A stretch of 63,948 nucleotides of DNA, the filler included, from Choristocarpus tenellus KU-1152 (Eukaryota; Protista; Phaeophyceae), in the NCBI GenBank assembly GCA_964200185.2. It is 9 parts of 9 records of this genome, joined end to end, with 100 filler letters (N's around TTAATTAATTAA, not from the genome) between each part and the next. Parts side by side here need not be neighbours in the genome. Positions count along the whole stretch, not along the records: positions 50,240 to 56,246 come from CAXNAD020009185.1; positions 56,347 to 59,427 come from CAXNAD020022456.1; positions 59,528 to 63,948 come from CAXNAD020014627.1; 6 more parts are not named here. One strand, given 5' to 3'. The notes beneath the pieces were generated by a model. It ran no database searches and was not told the DNA's origin. It was given only the letters and a program-made list of their open reading frames with translations. Of this stretch, positions 53,092 to 63,948 are shown in pieces; the stretch's first letter is position 1, and every line of letters starts with the position of its first letter. Both the position numbers and the translations under genes were made by a program.

Positions 53092-56000
53092 CTTTCGGTA
53101 GAGAAGGTATTAACTAGAAATCTCTTGAACACGCTTCGTGTTAACGCCGCCGTCGTGACCACGGCTGACCTTCTCTGATGGATTGCAGGTATCTGGCAAA
53201 GGGGGTTGCAATTACGTTTGCCTGCATGTATGGTTGGTGGCAAATGGTAATAGACGACACCACCTGCCTTTACTTTGTGTTCTATGTTAGAAATCGTGTG
53301 CACCTGCTAAGCAGAGAGGTATAGAGCGAATCAGAAGCACATCTTCAACTGAAGCAGGAGAGAAAATGTGAAGCGGGCAATTGGAATTTGGTAGCATGCT
53401 TTCACCTGCCTGGGTTTGATCCTTCCAGGAAACACTTGCCACAAACGTTCTCAGGATAAGTCTAGGTGCATCACGGCCATCTCACTGGGCAATCACCACT
53501 CCCGACAAGCCATTGCATGACTGCTTCTCCTCTCACGTACAGTTGGAAACCCACATGGCATGGTGAGAGTGGTTTTTTCCCTATAAAATAGACAAAACGA
53601 GGTATAGCACGAAGCAAAAGCTGACAATTTATCAATATATGGGTTTGTTGTGTGGTTGGAGCATGTCGGTCATGACGGTTACGCACGTATTCCAACCATA
53701 ATTGTTGTGTATTATTTCCATAATACTCAATATATTCTTTCTTCAGTCGAACTATATTCCTTCTTAGAAGGACATTCTTACATTTCTGATCAATCGATTT
53801 TCCCTTCGACACAACACATCAAAACCTGGTTCTTGAGCCGTACAGATCAGAGTATGACAAAACGACTTGTATGGGTTTAATATTGTGCAGGCGAGGTGGA
53901 GTTGGAGGGCGAAATGTCCAAGTCGAGACTAGTTGAGCGACCAACTACTGAGTTGAGAAAAGTTTAAGGTTCTTATCGTGGTATTGTGTGTAGATAAGTT
54001 GTTTCTATGAGTGTGGTTGGTGTCATTGTCGCCATTGTGGGAGCGGGGGCTTACGCTCTGCTTGGTGGCGCTGCCCTAAATGGTGTTCGGCATAGGTGCG
54101 AGGTAGAAGAAACCGTGTCGTTGCAAAGGTATCGTTGTGAAAGGTGATACACCTCATACCAATAATCCACTTTCCATTCGACCTCGGGAGGGAGTATATG
54201 CAACATTCATGAAGCACATGGGCTGCGGTTGGTATGAGTGTGGGCATAGAGTGATGTTGACAAACGAAATTGTTGTTGTTCATACTCCATTACCCTATTT
54301 TAGATCTCACGGCTCTATTGAGTATTTTTTCACTATCCTAGCTCGAGACAACAAGTACACACTAACTAACAAGTGCATGAACTACATACCAAATATCAGA
54401 CATGAAAGACTCGAAATTGGGCATGTACGTGCACAGTGCGCGGGGAGTGTCTTCTTCTATTGACTGCTGATTCCTTTTCAAAAATCTCCCAGAAGGTTAA
54501 TCTACAGTTGGAGGGATCTGTCGAACTTGAGCCGCGATACCTGGCTGCTATTAGTATCTGCCGCGATGAATATTGTTTCGGCTGAGGTAATACTGATCCA
54601 GGTCAGCCCCGACGTTGGTGCACTCTAAGCGTTATCTATAATATGAATGAATGCAGCAGTAGTCTGGCAGGTGCTGTGGTGACAACAATGGAGGGATTAA
54701 TGATGACCGCCTGCTGCATGAGGACGACCGTTCCATGGCATGCGCAGCGAGTCATTGCGCTTTAGTGTGCTTCAAACACATTGTGGAGAGAACTCTTACC
54801 ATTTTTCTATGTGTTCAACATCTCTTCCTCAGTGCAAAGTCGTTTGTGTTGTCTGTGCATCCAAGGAGAGCCTCTGACCCTACCACCCTAAAATGGAGAC
54901 CGCACATACCGCCATAAAGTGGTGACCTAAATGTTAAATCCCTTGCAGTATTAGTCTCTGTAGGCCTTTCTTCTTGCATCACGCTTCCCCACTCTGCTGG
55001 AGGTAGGTCACCATGATCGTGCTAGTTATTCCTGTTCCCTAGCACTTTTTCACTTGACTACCCTTCGTGTGATGGATGGAACACTGTAGCCCCGTACTGA
55101 CTCACCATCCAATTGGCTGGCCATTAGGTTGGTTGTGGGCTCCATTTTTTGGGGTCTCAAAATGTCAACATCATCACTATGCAATTCATCTGTTTTTTCT
55201 CCTAGCAGATTGCCTTTGCTGCCTCGAGCAGAGGGTTTCCTTGTGAGATTGTTATCTGGACTTCTCACCTTTACGTGGCCCTTTGTTCCTTGCCTTTGGC
55301 ACTCCGTGCTGTCCAAGTTCCTGTCAAAGTAAATCCAAGTAAGCCAAAAAAATATTGTGGTCGAGGTAAGTGTTTCCTTGGGAATGCAGGGTGAACCTGT
55401 TTTTAGATTAACATGGTAGTTACCTGAGGATGTGTGGTCAGGCATGCCAACTCCTGTAGTACAACCACCACCATTACTGTTAAACGAGATGCCCCATTTG
55501 TTCAAGTATACCGGACTGGACCCACAGTTAAGTCGATCTATCACGTGCTTTGGCAGAGGGAAATATCTAGCTTGGTGTGAATATATCGTGTATCTGATGG
55601 AAGGGGTTTGAGCGTGGGCAACCATTACCATTCCTGTAGTGTGGGGTTTGTGGTCACCCACACTAACTATGAATTACATGCTCATCTTCTTTTTGACAAG
55701 CACATGTAGATCATTAGACCAATCACTGCACATGAGTCATTCAATACATCAGGTATATGGTGTTGTATGCCAAGTACACAAACAAAGTATGTTGACTACA
55801 TACCAATAGACTGGTATCTTCATCACTGGCCATCCATCCCATTATCTACTCCACCAGTGATGTCTATTGTGTATCAGCAGTGCTATCCACGGACACCATC
55901 CAGTAGATACAGGGGCTATGCCTTCAACTACCGAAGCCTCGAAGTTTTCCTAGCTCCTCCTCTTCTTGGGTTCCAGCAGCCATACTTGTCCGTCCACTGA

Positions 56001-56185
56001 AATTATCCCCTCAAACCTTGAATCATGCTCTTTGCCTTTCCTTGCCCCCTTTCAACCCGCATCATTGTGGTGTGGCACATAACGTGTAACTTTGACAGGT
56101 GATGATTCAAAAGGGTCAATTCATATCCATTCGTGGCCAAGATCAAATACAAAGAGCTCAGGTGTTTAGTGTTGCAAATGTTTCT

Positions 56186-56246
56186 GACCCAAAGTATCTG
56201 GGGGGGGGGGGGTCTACACCAGATTGTCCATTTGGACCAAAACCCG
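56186..56246. mobile_element. MITE family B fragment cut by contig end
   Basis: GACCCAAAGTATCT(G)nTCTACACCAG...GTCCATTTGG. Confidence 0.8.
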
Positions 56247-56572
56247 NNNNNNNNNNNNNNNNNNNNNNNNNNNNNNNNNNNNNNNNNNNNTTAATTAATT
56301 AANNNNNNNNNNNNNNNNNNNNNNNNNNNNNNNNNNNNNNNNNNNNGGGGAGTATGCCAGGGTTGGCGTATATGTGGACCAGCGGTTGAGGCATTTTTGT
56401 AGGGGGGCAGGAAGGACTATGTGGATGAAGTGTCAAGTGCTTGACTTGAGAGGGTTGATCTCTATATTGTTTGAAAAAAATCGACACTGTTGGGAAAATA
56501 TCCTATATGCTTTTGCAAAGAAAATGGACAAGTTTTGCACTTATTGGTCAGCATCCTTAAAACACAACTCTA

Positions 56573-56752
56573 GGCTCAAAGTATCTGGAGGGGGGGTGGC
56601 GGCTGTCCACCTGGGGCCTATTTTTCCATTTCGTAAATTTTGGATGATCAGGTGGCATTTGTTGGATGGATAATGTAAGTGCACTTTTCCTGGTTATGCC
56701 CCGAATGAACACCCTGGTGTAGATCCCTCCCCCCCCCCAGATACTTTGAGCC
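56573..56752. mobile_element. MITE family B, complete (180 bp), TSD TCTA
   Basis: GGCTCAAAGTATCTGGAG(G)n...(C)nAGATACTTTGAGCC flanked by TCTA. Confidence 0.92.
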
Positions 56753-56776
56753 TCTAGGGGTGCCTCTCGTTTACTT

Positions 56777-56778
<2 letters not shown>

Positions 56779-56816
<38 letters not shown>
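56779..56816. repeat. (CT)n microsatellite
   Basis: Read directly. Confidence 0.95.
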
Positions 56817-56819
<3 letters not shown>

Positions 56820-58755
56820 GTAATGTTCAATTTCGACCTGGGCAAGGAGTAAGTATACTACTGCTGTTCTGTCAGACATGCAATTGTATATATGTATATA
56901 TACATAAATGCACATGACATTTTCTGTGCAAAGTCGGGCATGATATGAATAAGTACACTCCATAAGGTGATACTCCAGTGGTTGTACTACTGTAGACTAC
57001 AAGGTTCTGCCCCTGCAACTTTTCCCCTACCTGTTGGGTGGTACCAATACTCCGCAATGCAGTACCTACTGAACCCAGTACATGTCTATGCCGTACTGAT
57101 ACCTCAACACAAGATGCCTGTTTTTGCGATTTCCTACGGAACACCCACCCCCCTGTCCACAAAGTATCCCCGATATTGACTTGTGCGTGGGGGCACGTTG
57201 CATCACAAGTCAGGGCGGGGACCACAGGGGAGCTACACACTTGTGTAAACACGCCCTCAAACAATTCTCAATGCAAAAGAAAAAACTTTGGTAGCACCTA
57301 TCAGAACTTTAATGTACAAAGGGCGCAATCAAGCTACCGGCAAAGTGAAGGAGGACTTGCTGATGGACACAAGGCTCTCAATATGTTATTAGCACGGGAT
57401 GCATGTATGTCGTACCCTTCTTCAGCCTCTCACTTGACCCCATGCCCCAGTGCTTGAAGTAGCATTCATTTATTATAGTGCTACCCCTAACCCTGACCCA
57501 GCCCCCCCCTTCCCCCCCCCCTCCTTGCTTGATCACAGAGTAGATGATACTGAAGTGGTTCCAACGTCTATCTAGAGAAAAAAATAGTGGCCACACTGAA
57601 CAAACAAAAAATATATTTTTTAACATTTTATGTATCAGGAAAGTGTTTGCTTCATTGCCTCCCATAACAAAAATATAGAAAAGTGCACTTTGGGGATATT
57701 AATATATAGTATTGTATTATCATGTACGATAGGGGGGGTGTTTAGTTTCTTCCCCTAACCCTAGGTGGATAGGTATTTGTTGGGTATGTCATACTGCCCC
57801 AATTATGTATACGATTTTTTTATCGTGTTACTTTTTTTTTTCTTGAGTTGCACTTGCCTACAAACGCGCATTTTGAAAAAGTAGTGTTACTAGTGATAGT
57901 ACGTAGTTGTGTGTGTCTCATGTTCAGATGCTCTATCTACACACACACTTCAAAAAACAAAGTATGTAGCCATCAAATTTCGACCTGCTTGTATCCTTGT
58001 TGACTGTCGTTTATGAGAGGCACAACTCCAGGCTGGATTATGTTGACCAGCTTGCAGAGTCTCTCCCCGCTGTTCATTCCCAAAGGCGCCCCACCATCAA
58101 TTGCAGCAAGGGTGCGACCCAAGCAAGTACACTCCGAAAGGAGCGAGTCGAGGGAGAGAAGAGGAGGGAGGAGGGGAATGGGGGTTGGGCGGGGTGGGGG
58201 GGGAGTTGGCAGGAGCAGATGGGTGGACTATGCAGGGTAATAGATATTAGGAAGGAACAGGCCATTAAAGGGTGTGTGGAGAAGTGATTCAGGATTCAAG
58301 TGCCGAATATATTTTCAGAATGTCAAGGCCAATCAATACCTTGTTGGAACCAATTACTTTCGTCGTGATGATTCCCAATCTCCACTTGAAATATTTGGAC
58401 AGGGTGTCTGCCTTCCCTAATCGCGCGTGCAAGTATTTTTTTGCGGAAAATTGGATAAAACAGGACAAAGTGAAAGAAAACAAAAAAAAACAAGCGCCCG
58501 CTCACCCCTTCCCCTTCTGTTTTTGAGGTGCGTGTTGGTTAGAACTGGAAACGAAGAAACGCTACAACTATGAACGCGTGTATATGTACTTTTGTACTCA
58601 GGAAATGGGAACAGTGAGCAAAACTGCTGCTCGCTGCTGGGTTTAAAAACAATTCCCTGTTGAGAGCATATTGCATCCTAATGCTAAGTGTTCTTAAGTT
58701 TCTCATGTTAAGAAATTGCAACATCTAGTCATTGCTTGCTATACTCTGCCTCAAG

Positions 58756-58762
58756 ACACACA

Positions 58763-58798
<36 letters not shown>
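58756..58798. repeat. (CA)n microsatellite
   Basis: Read directly. Confidence 0.9.
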
Positions 58799-58799
<1 letters not shown>

Positions 58800-59234
58800 T
58801 TCAGATGACGTATGAGGGGGAAGATATCAATTTGATGGCAAGGCTTATGCAGCCCTCTTCCCTCCCCCCCCCTACAGACCCATCCTCCAGTCACCCCTTA
58901 CTGTGGTGAGCTTGCCTCTTGAGGTTCTTTGCCAAGGAATCACACTTGTGACTATGGAACGATTCTTCTGTAATGACTTCCACCCAAGCCCTTGCAGAGG
59001 ACTCGGCTGCATCCTTTGCTATGGAGTCTGCTTCTGAAGCTGTTGAATCCAGCTTGTCTCTGTAGCATCAAGGGTGTTTTTCAACACAAAGTGGGGGGCG
59101 GGAGGGGTGGAGTAGATTGGGGTGATCATCCAGTGTTTCAATGCTGTGTAGCATTAAATGAAATCGAATGGTAGATGTAACTGCATGGGATATTCCTGAC
59201 TACCTATTACTTGGGCTAACCCTCAATGAGTTAT

Positions 59235-59373
59235 TGCTCAAAGTATCTGGCGGCTGTCCACTTGGGGTCGATTTTTTCATGTCGTGATTTTTGTGTGATT
59301 TGGTTGCATACGTAGGATGGATAATGTAAGTACACGTTTCCTGGCCATGGCCCAAATGGACACCCCGGTGTAG

Positions 59374-59414
<41 letters not shown>

Positions 59415-59427
59415 CCCTCCTTCCTCC
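59235..59427. mobile_element. MITE family B, cut by contig end in a long C-run
   Basis: GCTCAAAGTATCTGGCGGCTGTCCACTTGGGG...ACACCCCGGTGTAGAA(C)n. Confidence 0.88.
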
Positions 59428-59544
59428 NNNNNNNNNNNNNNNNNNNNNNNNNNNNNNNNNNNNNNNNNNNNTTAATTAATTAANNNNNNNNNNNNNNNNN
59501 NNNNNNNNNNNNNNNNNNNNNNNNNNNGTTTGTGAGGGGGCGTC

Positions 59545-59761
59545 CGTTTGGGGCTTGGCTTCCCAAAGTTTTTCTTATGGCGTTTTACTTACTCCGAAAT
59601 GTTTCAGAGTAGATAAAACGTACACATTATGAAAAGGTGTGTCCGAAACAAGGATATTGACACTTCCTAAGAAGTATAATAGCCAAAAATACATCAAAAT
59701 TGCAACATTGGATTTTGACCCCCAAACGGACGCGGCCCTACCCTCTAAGATAATTTGACTC
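59545..59761. mobile_element. MITE family A, partial (near contig start), abutting an LTR end
   Basis: Family-A internal sequence and terminal CCCTCTAAGATAATTTGACTC. Confidence 0.85.
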
Positions 59762-59813
59762 AGATTGGAGCTATACATCCTGTGGAGGTAAGCTTTCGGG
59801 GGCGCCTGTAACA
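59762..59813 (+). mobile_element. 3' end of the same LTR family
   Basis: ATCCTGTGGAGGT...GGGGCGCCTGTAACA matches 4849-4907 and 42801-42858. Confidence 0.7.
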
Positions 59814-59829
59814 GAGTAAGCATAATATG

Positions 59830-60600
59830 CGCTCACCATTGCTCTTGTTGCCCCTGCCACAGTGGGTCAATGCTGCACGCACCTGAGCCCCAGCGAACAT
59901 GTTGCAGCTGTGGACGACTGGTTTATGCCGAACATGGTGGGCAATAGCCAAGATTTATTTGTGCAATTATTATCTTCAAAGGTGGAGAAGGGGGCTAACC
60001 TACTCCTCGCTCTAACGGAACTTGAGTTCTTATGGAGCCGGATGATGACAGTGGGCCTCGTCATCTGTGACAAAATACTGCTGCTTCAGTTTCTGAGTGC
60101 GCTGGGATCTGATTATGACACTGAGGTACGCATGATGACTTCTTGGAGCTCGTTGTCTCCAGCAAACGTCAGGAAGACGATCCATGAGAGATACGCATCA
60201 ATACCTTCAAGAACAAGCAGCAGGTATCGATGCGAATTGTACTGGCACAGCTAGTATATTCTCAGGTTTAGGTGTCAAACTAGTTTTCAAGAGAATTCCT
60301 GGTTGTCAATATACCCTGCATGGTCAATGTTTTTTGCCGCGACTGTCTAAAATTGCTGAAACAACTTTCAAAGTTACCACCGCCCCCTCACACACACACA
60401 CACAAACAACTCTGCCCCCCACACTGAGAGGTGGACATTAACCTTCTCCATCGCTCACATGGTCATGTTCACGAGGCTTTGTTCAAGTTTACTGCCTCTT
60501 CAATGGGCATTACATTGGTGGACCAGTTGGAGGCATGTGCTGACTGCTAAATGAGCAAAGGCATACGGAAGGGGATCCCGTCCAGCATGTTAAAGAATGT
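59830..60600 (+). pseudogene. Ty1/Copia gag and GAG-pre-integrase remnant
   Basis: LQFLSALGSDYDTEVR (Copia gag UBN2-like); DINLLHRSHGHVHE...GITL...LEACADC..SKGIRKGIP. Confidence 0.7.
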
Positions 60601-61940
60601 GTAGAATATCCCAGGTCTTGATATTGAAATGTGTAGATTAATTCCTTCTCTGTTATGTTGTAGGAGATAGAAAGTTGTAGTGAGATACATCTTTCAAGAA
60701 GGGGGGGTGATAAACCTTTTACTCATCCCTGATCACTAATAACTCGTCACTCAATCTGTGTTACTTGCTATAACATTTCCTTTTCTAGGATTCTTCTTGT
60801 TGTGCTACAATAACCCGAATATTATTGTCGTAGTCACCTGACAAAGGCATTACTATCAAATATCCCGTTATCCAACAATAGTTCAACAATTCAATTGTTT
60901 TTCCTACAGAATAATCTTTTACACACGAATAAAAAGCATATTCTTAACACACTCCCCTGCTTTGAACTTTAGGTAAAAAATATCACCTCAAAAACAGTCA
61001 TTATATCACATCACACATTACCCATAATAGTATCTGCATGCCTATTGAACAATTCCTTAGACAAATATCCAATTGCTATATTTCCTTCCCAACGTGGTTG
61101 CACGAATATGTGCACTTGCTTGAGGAACATTACCTCCTTCCTAAACTCACACAGTGCAACATACTCAGCCTCAGCAGTAGACAGTGTTACCGCTTTCTGC
61201 TTCCTCCTAAACCAGCAGTCAACACATCCTCCCCAAACATCACAACACCACCAGAAATAGACAATCTGCTGTCTTTACAGATAGCATAATCAGCATATGT
61301 ATGGCCAATTAACTGATCCCTTGGTCCATTCCCATACAATCCAAAGTCACCAAAAGGTAATTCCAAGCTCTTTAGTACCTAACAGGTACCCAATGACTTT
61401 CCTAGCACTATGCCAATCAGACCAACTTGGATTCTCCACACAAAATGTCAATTCTTTAACTGCAAACTCCGGTCCACCACAAGTGCTACAGTTTCCTTGT
61501 TCTAGCAAATGTTCACTTCCAGTAGTCCTAGGGTCGCCTTGGGCCTCTGCAATCTCCCTTTCCCATCCATCTGCCTCGGTCGAAAACCACCTTTCTCCTT
61601 AGTACCTTGTGACCATCAGTGGAGCGAGGTACTTGAATCCACACTCCCCTGCTATCCAGATCATCCACTTCTTCGTCAGTAGCAGCTTTCCACAAACGTC
61701 ACTCCTCAGACTCTGTCGCTGCTCCCATGGTCTTAGGTTCTGGTGGGAGGGGTTTATCTTTCCCACCCACAAGTAGACCAGCCAGTCTTCGCTCATACCT
61801 TAATGTCCGTTCCGATGATTCACCAGGTTCAGATAGGGGGTCGTGGTTATGGTCCGCTAGTCGTAGTAACATCCTTCCACCAGTCCCCTGGTGTGACGTA
61901 GGTGGATCCATACCACCACCAGCACCAGTGTTCAGCATCT

Positions 61941-61997
61941 CATGAAAAAATTGACCCCAAATGGACAGCCGCCACCCCCTCCCAGATACTTTGAGCC
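61941..61997. mobile_element. MITE family B one-ended fragment inside a Copia remnant
   Basis: CATGAAAAAATTGACCCCAAATGGACAGCCGCCACCCCCTCCCAGATACTTTGAGCC. Confidence 0.8.
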
Positions 61998-62732
61998 TCT
62001 CCACATCTATTCCACCTTCCCCACTTCCAAATTCCGAATTCAAACCCACTTTTTCCGAAGAGACCCCTCTTGAAGTCGTTTCCTCTAGAACCTCTTCTTC
62101 CGATCCCAAAGAAATATCCTCCCAGCACCAAATCCCCAATCCTCACCCCAAAGTCCTCTTGCTTGGCCTCCAAGATTCCATCCCCAGTCTCTCTTGTTAA
62201 TCCCAGCGATAGAATAAGGTTCCTAAACATAGTTACGCCTGTTGACTATTTGTCCTGAATTTGAAAGAAGAAGAAAGAATCATAAGGTTGTTGGAAGAAC
62301 TTTCCACCATCAGACAATGTTCGGCTCTTGGTGCCAACTTATGCATGTGTTAGTCCACTATTGTGAATCCCTTAGAACCCCAAAGAGGCAAAAAATGAGG
62401 GTGGGTTGGAACACCATAAAACATTTCGTAAGGTGATTTCCAGTGTGGGGGATAGCAGCCACGTTGTGCGCCTCCACCCACAAACCCAACCGATCCCCCA
62501 ATCCAGTCGCGTGCATCATGACCAGCCCCTTCTCTGCAATCAGTGCAATCGCGCGTTCCACTTTCCCATTCAATTGGGGGGTACGCGCAACAGTCTACTC
62601 ATGTCGAATCTTGTGTTGATCCAACACCCCCTCGAAGTCCCCATTCTTGAACTCCGTGCCCTCATCAGTCCTAACACACCCAATGCGCAAATTTTCCACA
62701 TCTGCCACAGCTACTCATAACCTGTTCAAACC

Positions 62733-63400
62733 TGAATCGAATGCATCGTACATATAGACAAAATGCGTAGACTACTAGCNNNNNNNNNNGATATGCGTAG
62801 TCTATGTTATGTATAGGTGTGATTATGCTGCAAAGCACCGATGTTTTTATTCTGTTGTAACTGAGGTCATTGATCTCTCAGTCAAGAATAGTGCGATGTG
62901 AATCCAGTCTTCTTTCATGTGGTACTCAACGAAAGAAGTCCATGCTCTGTGGAGAGGCTTGCTACCTTGGCTGGCACGGGTTTCCGCGGATGGTTTAAAC
63001 TCTGATTATATTACATCCATGTGTGTGTTTGATAGTTCGCAGAATGGCGTTGCAGTCTCGAAAGAAAAAATAAACCATAAATGTACAACTGTCATCTTCT
63101 GCTGCTTAGGAGAAAGAGTGAAAGAAAAAACAAACAACAGAACAACAGAACAAAATTGAAACAATATGTGATGCAACTCAAGTGACGTACACTATACTAT
63201 ACTATTTGTGTAGAATGCAGAGCAACTGTTCTATACTACAGTGTTCTGATTGTAGTTGATGTGGTAATGACTAACTAGTGAAAGTAACGTTCAGAACGTA
63301 ACAGACCAATCAACAATCAGTGTTGACTGATGGATCTGTATCGTATCAAGGAACAAGCTGATGAGTACGCTATGTTTTAACATCTTGAATAAAAGCCCGA
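62733..63400. mobile_element. Unclassified insertion of about 670 bp in the Copia integrase, 5-bp TSD AAACC
   Basis: Integrase homology stops at 63405 and resumes at 62732; AAACC at 62728-62732 and 63401-63405. Contains a 10-N gap. Confidence 0.6.
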
Positions 63401-63646
63401 AAACCTTCTTTGCAGTTTCATTCTTGGCTCGCAGGAATCGCATCCATCGCATTCCTGTCATGTCACATACCATCATCATCTCGTAAAGGTATCCACCCAG
63501 GCTGCTTGCCCTTGGCTTTGGTCCACTCAAATCTATGAACACCCGTCCCAACCGTCGGTCGGACTTACTCTATATTACCTTAGGTACAGGTTTCCGACGA
63601 GCCTTACCAATAGCGCACCCCTTGCAGTATTGTTGCCACTCTCCAG

Positions 63647-63824
63647 GGCTCAAAGTACCTGGGAGGGGGTGGTGGCTGTCTATTTGGGGTCAACTTTTTA
63701 ACCTTGCGATTTTTGGGTGATTTGGTTGCATACGTCGGATGGATAATGTGCACTTTTCCTAGTTATGGTCCAAATGGATACCGTGGTGCAGACCCCCCCC
63801 TTCCCCTCACAGATACTTTGGGTC
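63647..63824. mobile_element. MITE family B, complete, TSD CCAG, inserted in a Copia GAG-pre-integrase region
   Basis: GGCTCAAAGTACCTGG...CAGATACTTTGGGTC with CCAG at 63643-63646 and 63825-63828. Confidence 0.92.
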
Positions 63825-63948
63825 CCAGATAAGTAAATCCCACAATCCTTGGCATGCCTGCGTACCATTGCTTCATGGCACTGGCAGAGTTGCATATGCA
63901 TCTGGTTGATATCCACTTTAGTAGTAGGTCGCATCTCACCACTCGGGC

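Larger units (their letters stand above)
61297..63948 (-). pseudogene. Ty1/Copia pol remnant (GAG-pre-integrase, integrase, start of RT), interrupted by MITEs and another insertion
   Basis: DINQMH..L.QCHE..VRRHAK, CKGCAIGK, GRVFIDLSGP, LGGYLY.MMMVCD.T..RW..FL..K, TDEGTEF, TPQLNGKVERAI, LWVEA. Confidence 0.88.

Noticed and set aside
55050-55661. 203-aa minus-strand ORF
   Set aside because: No recognisable motif or splice support; non-ATG start.
4749-59527. Recurrent TTAATTAATTAA palindrome flanked by Ns
   Set aside because: Artificial six-frame-stop contig linker, not biological.

Overview
Eukaryotic nuclear DNA with spliceosomal introns. It most likely comes from a photosynthetic stramenopile (brown alga or relative), judging by an ASAFAP-type bipartite plastid presequence, TTAGGG repeats and a stramenopile-type LRRGKWT protein. 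The window is nine short contigs joined by eight artificial 100-nt linkers (N44-TTAATTAATTAA-N44), so no linkage can be assumed across linkers. One contig (26704-40684) holds a compact gene island of two head-to-head pairs: (1) a 6-exon plastid class I fructose-bisphosphate aldolase and a twin-arginine, probably thylakoid-lumenal protein; (2) a 5-exon patatin-like phospholipase and NOP2-like rRNA m5C methyltransferase (truncated by the contig end). A partial Myb-like LRRGKWT gene with a GC-AG intron lies at 52-53 kb. The rest is mostly decayed transposons: Ty3/Gypsy, Ty1/Copia, LINE, mariner, hAT, Harbinger, Helitron and possibly KDZ remnants. Most notable: (a) two related MITE families (A about 258 bp, B about 180 bp; at least 17 copies or fragments) sharing an AAAGTATCT TIR core and a subterminal GTCCATTTG motif, with mostly 4-bp TSDs (Sola-like); (b) a decayed KDZ-like transposase region followed by Ulp1-like motifs and an open exon ending in a SUMO-like domain; (c) an LTR with a tRNA-Gln PBS in an extremely short deletion derivative; (d) scattered short telomeric-repeat insertions. 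All protein-family calls come from motif recognition by eye, not database searches.
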